NCBI GenBank assembly: GCA_040768745.1
Contig: JAXGMI010000001.1
Span: 864,001-928,000 of the forward strand
Origin: Desulfomicrobium sp.
GTDB taxonomy: Bacteria > Desulfobacterota > Desulfovibrionia > Desulfovibrionales > Desulfomicrobiaceae
Direction of reading: 5' to 3'
DNA: 64,000 nucleotides
Shown in pieces: positions 1 to 9,615 of this stretch (position 1 is the first letter of the stretch; each line of letters begins with the position of its first letter). The notes under the pieces are model-generated. The model was not told the DNA's origin, did not search any database, and saw nothing but the letters and a program-made list of their open reading frames with translations. A program made the position numbers and the translations under genes.

Positions 1-1019
1 ACCTGCCAGAAGGCACGAGCCACATGCTCCCCGAAAGCCTGGGCACCGATTTTTTCTCGCTCAAGGAAGGATGTGATCGACCCGCTCTGCTCCTGACCTT
101 CGACCTGGATGACCTGGGCGCAATCCGCTCCGTTGTCCCGCAGATCGCCTGGGTGCATGTCGAGGCCAACCTGACCTACACCGGCGTGGAACTGGAGGTC
201 CAATCGGGTGCCCACGGCATGCTGCATGACGCCCGCGACCTGGCCGCCTTGCTGCGCGAGTCCCGGATTCGTGACCACGCCGTGATCATGGACCAGCCTG
301 ACCCGCGCGTGGTCCTGTCCGGAGACATGTCCAGCCCTGAAGTCCTGGTGGCCCAGACCGAATCCGCGCCCGAGGCGCAGATGATCGTGTCAGAGTTCAT
401 GATCCTGGCCAACAAAGCCATGGCCTCGTGGGCCCTGGATAACGGTGTGGCACTCCTTTTCCGCACCCAGAACATCACCCTGCCGGCGGAAAGCGCGGGT
501 GTGTGGACCGAGCCGACGGACATCTACCGCATCATCAACAACATGGGTCCGTCCATCCTGGAATGCGAACCCAAGCGCCACGCCACCATCGGGGCCCGGG
601 CCTACGCCCCCGTGACCTCACCCCTGCGGCGCTACTCGGATTTTATCAACATGGCCCAGATTCTGGCCAAGCTGACGGGACAGGGGCGGCTTCTGAACAG
701 GAACGAACTGGAAGGCCTGCTCCCCCTGCTTTCCAGTCGGGCCGAAATGACCGGTCAGGTCCAGCGCATGCGCCCAAGATACTGGAAATATGAATACTTC
801 AGACAAAATGCAAAAAAAATGCGTTGGTCCGGGATCATCGTCGACCCCGGGAGCGTCCTCGTCACCATCGCCCTCCCGGAGATGCAGCTTTTCCTCAAGG
901 CACCGCGGAAGATATTCGGGGACAAGATCAGATTGGGACAACGCTTTTCCATCCGCATCGGGAAGGTCGACCCTCTGAACAACGAGATCAAGATCGTCGA
1001 GGCATGGGAAGAGGAATGA
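1..1019 (+). CDS. RNB-domain (RNase II family) exoribonuclease, 5'-truncated by window edge
   Basis: Motifs HMLP..L, EFMILAN, VTSPLRRYSD and a C-terminal S1-like strand pattern; the frame appears open from the window start. Confidence 0.85.
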   Translation, partial: LPEGTSHMLPESLGTDFFSLKEGCDRPALLLTFDLDDLGAIRSVVPQIAWVHVEANLTYTGVELEVQSGAHGMLHDARDLAALLRESRIRDHAVIMDQPDPRVVLSGDMSSPEVLVAQTESAPEAQMIVSEFMILANKAMASWALDNGVALLFRTQNITLPAESAGVWTEPTDIYRIINNMGPSILECEPKRHATIGARAYAPVTSPLRRYSDFINMAQILAKLTGQGRLLNRNELEGLLPLLSSRAEMTGQVQRMRPRYWKYEYFRQNAKKMRWSGIIVDPGSVLVTIALPEMQLFLKAPRKIFGDKIRLGQRFSIRIGKVDPLNNEIKIVEAWEEE

Positions 1020-1098
1020 TCTTGTCCCACCTCTTTTTTTCACGTAGTGAAATCCGGCACATGTCCACCCGAAACCCCCTCAAAACAGGAGTATGCAC

Positions 1099-1686
1099 AT
1101 GGTGACAATATTCTGGCTGGCAATCAGCTATCTCCTGGGCGCCCTGCCCTTTGGCCTGCTCATTTCCAAGACCTGCTGCGACATTGACCCGCGCGAACAG
1201 GGCAGCGGCAATATCGGCGCCACCAATGTCGGCCGCCTCTGCGGGACCAAATACGGAGCACTGACCCTGGCCCTGGATATGCTCAAGGGCTTTGTCCCAG
1301 TCCTTCTGGCCACCAGCTTTTCCGACTCCCTGTTCTTTCTGACCCTGGTCGCCACGGCCACGGTCTGCGGTCACATGTTCTCGGTTTTCCTGCACGGCAA
1401 GGGAGGCAAGGGCGTGGCCACCTGGGTCGGCGCCTTCGCGGCCATTTCCCTGTCCGGAACCATTCTCTGCGGGTTGGCCTTCCTGGCTGCCCTCTATTTC
1501 TACAATTTTGTGTCCCTGGCCTCCCTGGTCATGGTGGCCTTCATGCCGGTGATCCTCCTCTTCCAGGGCATGTGGGGAGCCATTCCCATGGCCCTGGTCC
1601 TCATGGCTCTCATCTTCTGGAAGCACTCGGAAAACATCCAGCGCCTGATGGCCGGTGAGGAACACCCCTGGAAAAAACCGGAATGA
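1099..1686 (+). CDS. plsY: Glycerol-3-phosphate acyltransferase PlsY
   Basis: YLLGALPFG, GSGNIGATN, GKGGKGVAT and KHSENIQRL motifs; CAGGAG RBS (alternative ATG at 1093). Confidence 0.95.
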   Translation: MVTIFWLAISYLLGALPFGLLISKTCCDIDPREQGSGNIGATNVGRLCGTKYGALTLALDMLKGFVPVLLATSFSDSLFFLTLVATATVCGHMFSVFLHGKGGKGVATWVGAFAAISLSGTILCGLAFLAALYFYNFVSLASLVMVAFMPVILLFQGMWGAIPMALVLMALIFWKHSENIQRLMAGEEHPWKKPE

Positions 1687-1709
1687 ACTGATTTCTGCAA
1701 CGGATGCCA

Positions 1710-1747
1710 AAGCGCGGGGGCCTTGCTGGCCTGCCGCGCTTTTTTTG
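1710..1747 (+). terminator. Intrinsic terminator after plsY
   Basis: GC-rich hairpin GCGCGG-GGGCC/GGCCT-GCCGCGC followed by a T run. Confidence 0.65.
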
Positions 1748-1855
1748 CACAGCCAACATCTAGGGCCATCCGACAGTCCCATTCAACCATCACCCATTGT
1801 CTGCTGATGCCGGACAAGGGAGCATCCTCCAGACGTTTTTTTGGACAAGCCGTAA

Positions 1856-3478
1856 TCAGAGCAGTGATTTGATGCGTTCCACCAACGGAGCCAGGGACGG
1901 CCTGTGGATGGCCGCGATAAAGACCGCGTCGGGGTGGACAAAGGCCAGGGCCTCGCGGGCCTCGTCCGTAATGCGATCGACCTTGTTCAAGGCCAGGATG
2001 CGTGGGATGGTGTCGATGGACAGGTCGCGCAGGATTGATTCCACAGCCTCCAGCTGGCTGTCCATCTCTGGATGGGAGGCATCGGCCACGTGCACCAGCA
2101 CATCCGCGCTCTCCAGTTCTTCCAGAGTGGCCATGAAGGCCTCCCGCAGGTCGGCCGGAAGATGGCGGATGAAACCCACCGTGTCGGTGAGGATGATCTC
2201 GCGGTCCTCGGGAAAACGCAGCCTGCGGCTGGTGGGGTCCAGGGTGGCAAACAGCTTGTTTTCTGCCAGGACGTCGCTCTGGGTCAGGGTGTTGAGCAAG
2301 GTGGACTTGCCCGCGTTGGTGTATCCGACCAGGGAGACGATGGGCAGGCCGGCCTTGTCCCGGCGACTGCGCGTGGCGTCCCTGTGCTTGCGCACGTTGG
2401 CCAACTCGTTCTTGAGCTGGCTCAAGCGGTCGCGGATCTTGCGGCGGTCCATCTCCAGACGGGTTTCCCCCGGACCGCGACCGCCGATGCCTCCGGTCAG
2501 ACGGCTCAAGGCCCGGTTCTGACCTACCAGGCGGGGCATCATGTACTTGAGCTGGGCCATTTCCACCTGCAGCTTGCCTTCCCGGGTCTGGGCGTGCTGG
2601 GCAAAGATGTCCAGGATGAGCTGGGTCCGGTCCAGAACCTTGCGTTCGGTGATCTGGCTCAGGTTGCGCTGCTGGGTAGGGGTCAGTTCCTGGTCGAAAA
2701 CCAGGATGGAGGCGTTCTTCTGCAGGGCCAGGACTTCCAGTTCAGCCAGCTTGCCGCGCCCGAGAATGAGCTTCGGATTGATCTGGCTGACCCGCTGCAC
2801 CACGGTTCCCGCCACATCAAGCCCGGCCGTGGACGAAAGTTCGGCCAGTTCGGCCAGGGAGCGCTCCTGCACGCTCTTGGGCTGGGATCCAACGCTGACC
2901 AGAATGGCCGCCCCCTCCCTGGCCGCTGCTGACACGGTCTGGCCCGTACGGGACAGTTCGCCTTCCAGGGCCATGGCACTGGCTCCGAAGTCAAAGGCCA
3001 CGTCGTCCCAGATCTCGGCCGGATAGACGATATAGGGCTTTTCGTCGGCATTGGGAGGGAGCAGATGGGCGATCTGACAGGCCCGGGGCAGACCATCGGG
3101 CGAGACGGTCAGCACGCAAACCGCATCCAGACGCAGGAAGACCATGTCCATCAGGTCTTCCTGCGTCAACAGTGAGGAATCCAGGTGGGTATGCAGGAGA
3201 CGCAGGCCTGAAAGGCGTGAATCCGCCTGCCGGTGGCGGGAAAGCTCAGGAATGAGGATGCCGTCGGGTTCTCCCACGATGACCATGACCGGCAACCCCT
3301 TCCGGTTGATGAGGATTCCAAGTTGCCGGTTCACTCCCCGGCTCAGAATGGCCAGTTCCTTGGCCTGATCCAGGGTGAACCCGCCATGGTCGGGAAAACG
3401 CCTGTTGTAGAGACGTGAAATGGCCGTAAGTTGGCTGGGTTTGAGGCCCGTGAGGTTGCCCAGGGGTTTGGAAGCTAT
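1856..3478 (-). CDS. hflX: Ribosome-splitting GTPase HflX with N-terminal extension; probable ATA start
   Basis: LDIFAQHA, GGRGPGET, GYTNAGKS, DTVGFI and NKVD motifs; frame stays open and protein-like upstream of the GTG at 3334 to an ATA at 3478 preceded by GGAG. Confidence 0.92.
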   Translation of the reverse strand: MASKPLGNLTGLKPSQLTAISRLYNRRFPDHGGFTLDQAKELAILSRGVNRQLGILINRKGLPVMVIVGEPDGILIPELSRHRQADSRLSGLRLLHTHLDSSLLTQEDLMDMVFLRLDAVCVLTVSPDGLPRACQIAHLLPPNADEKPYIVYPAEIWDDVAFDFGASAMALEGELSRTGQTVSAAAREGAAILVSVGSQPKSVQERSLAELAELSSTAGLDVAGTVVQRVSQINPKLILGRGKLAELEVLALQKNASILVFDQELTPTQQRNLSQITERKVLDRTQLILDIFAQHAQTREGKLQVEMAQLKYMMPRLVGQNRALSRLTGGIGGRGPGETRLEMDRRKIRDRLSQLKNELANVRKHRDATRSRRDKAGLPIVSLVGYTNAGKSTLLNTLTQSDVLAENKLFATLDPTSRRLRFPEDREIILTDTVGFIRHLPADLREAFMATLEELESADVLVHVADASHPEMDSQLEAVESILRDLSIDTIPRILALNKVDRITDEAREALAFVHPDAVFIAAIHRPSLAPLVERIKSLL

Positions 3479-3515
3479 CGCAGGACTCCGTTTCCGCTTA
3501 CGCGCCGGCCCCCCC

Positions 3516-4109
3516 TCAGGAGCGACGGAGGTAATCGGCGATCATGCGGTCATAGGAAGAGGTCAGGTCGAAGGTTATCACGGCCATGCGCTTGCGAAAG
3601 GCCAAAGACAGCGCCCCGTTGTTGGCTCGCATCTCTTCCATGCACTCGCTGTAGTGGGACGGGTCGGGGATGACGGCCACGGAATGAAAATTCTTGGCCG
3701 AGGCCCGCAGCATGGTGGGGCCGCCGATGTCGATCTGCTCCACAGCCTGCTTGTCCTGCAGGGTCTGACGCATGGCATCGGCAAAATTGTAGAGATTGAC
3801 GCAGATCAGGTCGAAAGGCGCCAGGCGCAGGTCTTTCAGCGTCTGCATGTGCGTTGAGTCATCCTTGTCCGCCAGGATTCCGGCGTGCACGTGGGGATGC
3901 AGGGTCTTCACCCGGCCGCCGAGAATCTCCGGAAACCCTGTCAGATCGCTGACCGAACGGACCTTCAGGCCTGCCTGCACCAGCTTCTTGCGCGTCCCCC
4001 CGGTGGAGACGAGTTCAACCCCGTTTTCCTGGAGAAAACGGGCGAAATCATCCAAACCCGATTTATCCGTCACGCTCAGTATGGCCCGGCGAATTGGCAG
4101 CATGTCCAT
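3516..4109 (-). CDS. purH: Stand-alone IMP cyclohydrolase (N-terminal half of PurH)
   Basis: RRAILSVTDK, STGGT, GRVKTLHP and IDIGGPTMLRASAKN motifs; only 197 aa; GAGGAG RBS. Confidence 0.85.
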   Translation of the reverse strand: MDMLPIRRAILSVTDKSGLDDFARFLQENGVELVSTGGTRKKLVQAGLKVRSVSDLTGFPEILGGRVKTLHPHVHAGILADKDDSTHMQTLKDLRLAPFDLICVNLYNFADAMRQTLQDKQAVEQIDIGGPTMLRASAKNFHSVAVIPDPSHYSECMEEMRANNGALSLAFRKRMAVITFDLTSSYDRMIADYLRRS

Positions 4110-4237
4110 GGCCTGCTCCTCTCGAAAGAATGTTCGCCGTGCACTGCCAGCTTTGCCCCCAATATGCAAGAACGCAGACGGCCAGACCGCCGGGGCACGA
4201 CGGACTGGCCAGGCAAGGAAAAGGGGCCAACCCGGTC

Positions 4238-4795
4238 CTAGAGCTGGGAAAGGAGCTCCGCGGATTGAACGTTGGCCGGATCCTGTTCCAGAATCGTTTC
4301 GAGATGCCTGCGCGCATCCGCCTGCCGCCCACTGGCGATCAGACATCCGCTCAAGGCGAAGCGGACCTCGTGTTTGTCCGGATTGAGATTCAGGTACTCG
4401 GTCAAGGGCGCGATCGCCTCTGCGGTTCGCCCAAGCATGTGTGCGGCCTGCACCAGTCCGAACAGGGCCACCATATTCTCCGGGTTGAGCCCGAGGGCCT
4501 GGGCGTGAAAGGCAAAGGCCTTGTCATGATCGCCCTGGTGGGCGCTGATCAGGGCAATTCCCGCCAATGACTTGTCAGAAGAGACAACATCCTCGGCTTT
4601 CCGGTACATGGCCATGGCCTGCCCCAGATCCCCCCGCTGCACCGCGATAGTGGCCAAGCCCAGATAGGGGTCCGCGTGCACGCCGTTGCTGCCCGCAGCC
4701 TTGTGATAGTAATTCTCTGCCTTGTCCAATTCACCCATGAAGAGGTAACACTCCCCCAACTCCTTGTTGATCTCGTAGTCAAGATGCGAACTCAT
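4238..4795 (-). CDS. Tetratricopeptide repeat protein (flagellar-locus associated)
   Basis: Repeated TPR-like helices (LGECY..GELDKAENYY, YLGLA..A..RGD..A); GGAG RBS; divergent from flgB. Confidence 0.8.
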   Translation of the reverse strand: MSSHLDYEINKELGECYLFMGELDKAENYYHKAAGSNGVHADPYLGLATIAVQRGDLGQAMAMYRKAEDVVSSDKSLAGIALISAHQGDHDKAFAFHAQALGLNPENMVALFGLVQAAHMLGRTAEAIAPLTEYLNLNPDKHEVRFALSGCLIASGRQADARRHLETILEQDPANVQSAELLSQL

Positions 4796-4952
4796 GGCTC
4801 CTTCTCCCTGTTGTTGAACGACGTAGACGTTGTGTGGCGAGTCTTTTTTGCAACTTTAGAGCCAAGGCAGATGCACTTCCACCCCCACGTTTGCACGGCC
4901 CTGCTCCAGAGGCAACCATCCAAGATCCCATGATATTTCTTTTGAGGGGAAA

Positions 4953-4968
4953 TGGAACGCAGATTGCT
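4953..4968 (+). promoter_or_regulatory. Sigma-54 (-24/-12) promoter of the flgB operon
   Basis: TGGAACG-CAGA-TTGCT matches TGGCACG-N4-TTGCW, about 70 bp upstream of flgB. Confidence 0.75.
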
Positions 4969-5040
4969 ATCCAGTTCTTGTCGTCATCCCGGCCTCTCTT
5001 CCTGCCAGAAAAAACAATGCCGGAATGACAAGAGGTTAGC

Positions 5041-5451
5041 ATGAAAAGCCTGTTTTCTCAGCACATCGATCTGACGGCCAGGGTCATGGACTTCCAACTC
5101 CAGCGTCAAAACATCGTCAGCGCGAATCTGGCCAACATCAACACCCCTGGATACAAGGCCCGGCATCTGGAATTCGAAAAAGACCTGCAGGCCGCCCTTG
5201 ATCTGTCCGAAACAGGGGCCGTGGCCCGGACCCATCCCCGGCACCTGCCGGCCGCATTTTCCCCCGACTCCGCGGAAGCCGGCTTAAGGAAAGAGTTGGC
5301 GCCCCGTGTGATCCAGGGTTTGGACAATGTTGACCTGGACAAGGAGATGGCGGCCATGGCCAAGAACAACCTGCTCTACAGCGCCCTGACCACAGTTATA
5401 CAGAAGGATTTCAACGGGTTGAAACAACTCATTCAGGATGGAGGCAAGTAA
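5041..5451 (+). CDS. flgB: Flagellar basal-body rod protein FlgB
   Basis: RQNIVSANLANINTPGYKAR and NVDLDKEM motifs. Confidence 0.95.
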   Translation: MKSLFSQHIDLTARVMDFQLQRQNIVSANLANINTPGYKARHLEFEKDLQAALDLSETGAVARTHPRHLPAAFSPDSAEAGLRKELAPRVIQGLDNVDLDKEMAAMAKNNLLYSALTTVIQKDFNGLKQLIQDGGK

Positions 5452-5888
5452 TGGACTTCATGACCGCCATTGACGTCGGGGCGTCCGGGCTCAACGCGGA
5501 ACGCACCCATCTCAATGTCATTTCCATGAACCTGGCCAATGCCAAGACCACCAGAACCGTGGACGGAGGTCCCTACCGCCGCAAGGAAGCCATCTTCAGG
5601 GAAACACAAGTGGACAGCCCGTTTTCCAGGGCCATGCGGACAGCGTTGGATGACGAGGTGAAAGGCGTCCGGGTCGAGTCCATCCAGAACGACCGCCGGC
5701 CGCTGAAAAGGGTCTACGAGCCCGGGCACCCCCACGCGGATGAGGAGGGATATGTCAGCTATCCAGACATCAACGTTGTGGAGGAAATGACCAACATGCT
5801 TTCGGCCATGCGAGCCTACGAGGCCAATGTCTCGACCATCACCACGGCCAAGAACATGTTCACCAAAGCACTGGAGATTGGCCGCTGA
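5451..5888 (+). CDS. flgC: Flagellar basal-body rod protein FlgC
   Basis: NLANAKTT, GPYRRK, YEPGHPHAD and RAYEANV motifs. Confidence 0.95.
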   Translation: MDFMTAIDVGASGLNAERTHLNVISMNLANAKTTRTVDGGPYRRKEAIFRETQVDSPFSRAMRTALDDEVKGVRVESIQNDRRPLKRVYEPGHPHADEEGYVSYPDINVVEEMTNMLSAMRAYEANVSTITTAKNMFTKALEIGR

Positions 5889-5938
5889 CGCCATAGCTGG
5901 ACTGAATGTTCGACGACGGACAAACCCGGGAGAAAGTC

Positions 5939-6262
5939 ATGACGGTTTCACCCATCGCCCTGAAAGCCTACACCGCAGCCAACGAGCTGCTGAACAAACC
6001 CGCCCCGCCCGCCGGAGGCAAGGCCTCCACTGCGGACGCAACCCGCTCCTTTGCCGAGGCCATCGAGGACTCGCTGTCCGCGGTGAACGCCATGCAGACG
6101 GAAAAATCCCGCATGATCACGGAGTTTGCCTCGGGCAAAAGCCAGAACGTGCACGAGCTGATGATCACCCTGCAAAAGGCCGGGTTGGCCATGGATATGA
6201 CCTCGGCCGTACGCAACAAGGTCCTGCAGGCCTACCAGGAACTCATGCGGTTGCAGTTCTGA
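5939..6262 (+). CDS. fliE: Flagellar hook-basal body protein FliE
   Basis: NVHELMI..QKA and VRNKVLQAYQELMR C-terminal motif; operon position. Confidence 0.92.
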   Translation: MTVSPIALKAYTAANELLNKPAPPAGGKASTADATRSFAEAIEDSLSAVNAMQTEKSRMITEFASGKSQNVHELMITLQKAGLAMDMTSAVRNKVLQAYQELMRLQF

Positions 6263-6296
6263 AGTTCTGATTTTCTAACGATCGCGAGGAATCACC

Positions 6297-7907
6297 ATGC
6301 CCCCCTTTCTGCAGAACGCCCTGTCCGTGGCCACGGACTTCTGGACAGGCAAGGCCCTGGCCCAGCGCATCCTCCTCGGCGGCCTCTTGGCTTCATTGCT
6401 CATGGCATTCGCCGCCATGGTCTTCTGGGTCAACCGCACAGACTACAGAGTGCTTTACAGCCAACTCTATCAGGAAGACGCGGCCAGCGTGCTGGATTTC
6501 CTTAAAAAAGAAAAAATCCCTTACCAGATTGCGGATTCCGGATCGACCATCCAGGTCCCTGCCGAACAGGTCTACGAGGCCCGGCTCAAGCTGGCTGGAG
6601 CGGGAACACTGCATGGCCAGGGAGTGGGCTTCGAGCTCTTTGACGAAAACAAGATCGGGCAGACCAATTTCGTCCAGAACATCAACTACCAGCGCGCCCT
6701 GCAGGGAGAACTGTCCCGGACCATCTCCGAGTTGCCCGAAGTGGAAACCGCACGTGTACACTTGGTTCTTCCCAGCAAGAGCCTTTTTGTCGAAGAACAG
6801 GCCCCACCTTCGGCGGCCATCATGCTCAAGCTCAAGAATGGCCAGTCCCTGGCCGCCCAGCAGGTGCAGGCCATTGTCAACCTTCTCTCCACCAGCGTGG
6901 AGGGCATGAATGCCGAACACATCACCGTGGCGGACAGCCGGGGCAAGGTTCTCTACGAGCCCAGATCCGACAAGGACATGACCGGCATGACATCCAGCCA
7001 GCTGGAGTACCAGATGGGTCTCCAGCGCACCCTGGAGCAGCGTATCGAACAGCTCCTGACTCCCATTGTCGGTGCCGGTCGGACCATTGCACGCGTCAAT
7101 GCCGATCTGGACTTCAACCGGACCACCATCCGCAAGGAAATTTTCGACCCCAAATCCGCGGTGGTCCGCAGCGAGGTCAAGAGCGAAGAGGAAAACACAG
7201 GAACAGCCAGCGTGGCCGCCGGTACCCCAGACCCCAACTATCAGGGGGAAAGCGAGCGCACGTCCTCGGGCACGGCCCAGGAAAGCACACGCACCACATC
7301 AACCACGAACTTCGACATCAACAAGGAAGAGCAGCAGATTGTTTCCCAGATGGGCGGAATCAAACGTCTGAGCGTAGCCGTTCTGGTTGACGGGAAATAC
7401 ACCCAGCAGCAGGACGGCACGTACGCCTTCGAACCCCTGCACCCGGATCAACTGGCCCAGATCAGGCAGCTGGCCCAACGGGCCGTGGGCTTCAGCGACG
7501 CCCGCGGCGATGCCATCGAGGTTTCCTCCATCGCCTTTGGAGATCCCATGACCACCGAAGAAGCGCCGGTCCTGGACGTGGTCTCCCGTTACTTCCACCT
7601 CCTGGGCAAACCCCTGCTCAATGCCCTCCTGGTCCTCCTCTTCCTGCTGGTCGTGGCCCGCCCCGTGGTCCTGGCCTTGATCCGGCCCAAGGTTGCCGAA
7701 CCTACTGTCCAATCCAAAATCGAAGAGTTGGGAGCCGCCGAGGAACTCAAGGCCTTGACCGAGGGTCTGAGCGAGGAGGATCTTGCAACCGTGGATACGG
7801 CCAAACGCATAGAAAACGCCAAACACCTGGCGCAGCAATTGGTGGAGCAGAACATGGACCAGGCGGTCATGATCATGCGCCAATGGATGGCTCAAGGAGA
7901 AGCGTAA
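6297..7907 (+). CDS. fliF: Flagellar MS-ring protein FliF
   Basis: Two TM segments; GFELFD, YQRALQGELSRTI, ARVHLVLP and IKRLSVAVLVDG motifs. Confidence 0.95.
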   Translation: MPPFLQNALSVATDFWTGKALAQRILLGGLLASLLMAFAAMVFWVNRTDYRVLYSQLYQEDAASVLDFLKKEKIPYQIADSGSTIQVPAEQVYEARLKLAGAGTLHGQGVGFELFDENKIGQTNFVQNINYQRALQGELSRTISELPEVETARVHLVLPSKSLFVEEQAPPSAAIMLKLKNGQSLAAQQVQAIVNLLSTSVEGMNAEHITVADSRGKVLYEPRSDKDMTGMTSSQLEYQMGLQRTLEQRIEQLLTPIVGAGRTIARVNADLDFNRTTIRKEIFDPKSAVVRSEVKSEEENTGTASVAAGTPDPNYQGESERTSSGTAQESTRTTSTTNFDINKEEQQIVSQMGGIKRLSVAVLVDGKYTQQQDGTYAFEPLHPDQLAQIRQLAQRAVGFSDARGDAIEVSSIAFGDPMTTEEAPVLDVVSRYFHLLGKPLLNALLVLLFLLVVARPVVLALIRPKVAEPTVQSKIEELGAAEELKALTEGLSEEDLATVDTAKRIENAKHLAQQLVEQNMDQAVMIMRQWMAQGEA

Positions 7908-8918
7908 GTGGCGACCCCAAGTGCAAAACTGACCGGCCCCCAGAAAACGGCCATACTCATTCTGGCCCTCGGAGATACCTTTGCCTCCGAGGTGTTCAAG
8001 AAGCTCGACCGTTCGGAAATCACCGCCGTATCCCGCGCCATGGCCAGATTGGACAGCGTCAACAAGGATCAGGCCGGGGAAGTCCTGCGTGAATTCAATC
8101 AGGCCATGACCTTTGGAAAGGAAATGCTGTACGGCGGCCCTGAACAGGTCCGCAAGATGATCGCTTCCAATTTGGATTCAGACACGGCCCGGTCCATCCT
8201 GGATGAACTGGACTTCGGCACCGGCCCCACTCCCTTCAAGGAGCTGGGAAACGTCAGTCCCAAAATTCTGGCCCAGATTCTCAGAAACGAACATCCCCAA
8301 ACCCTGGCCCTGATCCTTGGCCACATGCCTCCTGACGATGCGGGCAACCTCTTGCAGCACCTCTCCCCAGGGGTGCGGGCCGAAGTCCTCATCCGTCTGG
8401 CCAAGCTCGAAGCCGTGGCCGAGGAGATGCTTCTGGAGGTGGACCGGGTGCTGCAAAACCAGCTCATCGCCATCGGCGGCAAGGAAGGTCGCAAGGTGGG
8501 CGGCGTCAATTCCGTGGCGGAGATCCTCAACGCCATCGACAGAACCACGGAAGAGGAGATTATGGCCGACATCGAGGAAGAAAGCGCCCAGTTGGCCGAA
8601 GAGATCAAGCAGCTCATGTTCGTCTTCGAGGACATCCTGAAGATCGACGATCGGGGGATCCGCGAAGTCTTGAAGGAAATCAGCAACGAGGATCTGACCC
8701 TGGCCCTGAAGGCTGCTCCGGATGAACTGCAGGAGAAGTTCTTCAAGAATCTGTCTGAGCGTGCCGGAAACATGATCCGCGAGGACCTGGAAATCATGGG
8801 CCCGGTCAAGTTGTCCGAAGTGGAAGCGGCCCAGCAGAACATCGTGAAACAGGTGCGCCGCCTGGAGGCCGAAGGCCGCATTGTCATCGCCGGCAGCGGA
8901 GGAGACATCCTTGTCTGA
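7908..8918 (+). CDS. fliG: Flagellar motor switch protein FliG
   Basis: EHPQTLALIL, GGVNSVAEILN, MFVFEDI and GPVKLSEVEAAQ motifs; GTG start. Confidence 0.96.
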   Translation: MATPSAKLTGPQKTAILILALGDTFASEVFKKLDRSEITAVSRAMARLDSVNKDQAGEVLREFNQAMTFGKEMLYGGPEQVRKMIASNLDSDTARSILDELDFGTGPTPFKELGNVSPKILAQILRNEHPQTLALILGHMPPDDAGNLLQHLSPGVRAEVLIRLAKLEAVAEEMLLEVDRVLQNQLIAIGGKEGRKVGGVNSVAEILNAIDRTTEEEIMADIEEESAQLAEEIKQLMFVFEDILKIDDRGIREVLKEISNEDLTLALKAAPDELQEKFFKNLSERAGNMIREDLEIMGPVKLSEVEAAQQNIVKQVRRLEAEGRIVIAGSGGDILV

Positions 8919-9615
8919 CCATCCCCCTTCCATCCCAGTGGGCCGTGTCGTGCACAGCCTGAAAGCAGGCAATTTCGTTGATCTGGGCCGGCCGGCAGCC
9001 ACTCTCTGGAACAGCGAGACCGAGGCCCGGTACATGGAGCAGGTTCGGGAGAGGGCTCAGCAGAAAGCCAAGGAAATCCTGCAGCAGGCCTTGGACGAAG
9101 CGGAAGTCCTGCGGGCCAGGGCCCGGACCGAGGGATTCGAGGACGGACGGGCTGCGGCCCAGGATCTGTGCGCGGCCGAAGCATCCAGGACGGCGGCATT
9201 CCTGGCCTCCCTGCATGATGCCCTGAAGACTGAAAAGGAGCGCGCCTTTGCCCTTCACCGCCATACACTGTTCAAGATCCTGACCCTGGCCTTTGAAAAA
9301 ACCTTGGGCATCATGCTCGACGCGCACCGCCAGCAGGTCCTGACCTCGCTCTTCGAGGAGGCCGTGGCCCAGCTCCAGGCCACATCGACCATCACGGTTC
9401 ACGTGTGCGCCGAGGATCTGGAACTGGCCAAACAGCTTGCCGTCCAGGTCAGATCCCAGACCCAGAACCTGCCTGACCTGTGCATCAAGCTCAATCAGGA
9501 CCTGACTCCAGGCGGAGTCCGCCTGGAATGCGGCGACGGCATGGTGGATAATACCATCGCCTCCCGCTTCGAACAAGTCCAGGCCATCCTGGTCGGCTAC
9601 CAGGAAGCCCCATGA
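8911..9615 (+). CDS. fliH: Flagellar assembly protein FliH
   Basis: Coiled N-terminus with G-xxx-G repeats, LTPGGVRLEC..GMVD C-terminus; lies between fliG and fliI; TTG start after GGAGGAG. Confidence 0.85.
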   Translation: MSDHPPSIPVGRVVHSLKAGNFVDLGRPAATLWNSETEARYMEQVRERAQQKAKEILQQALDEAEVLRARARTEGFEDGRAAAQDLCAAEASRTAAFLASLHDALKTEKERAFALHRHTLFKILTLAFEKTLGIMLDAHRQQVLTSLFEEAVAQLQATSTITVHVCAEDLELAKQLAVQVRSQTQNLPDLCIKLNQDLTPGGVRLECGDGMVDNTIASRFEQVQAILVGYQEAP

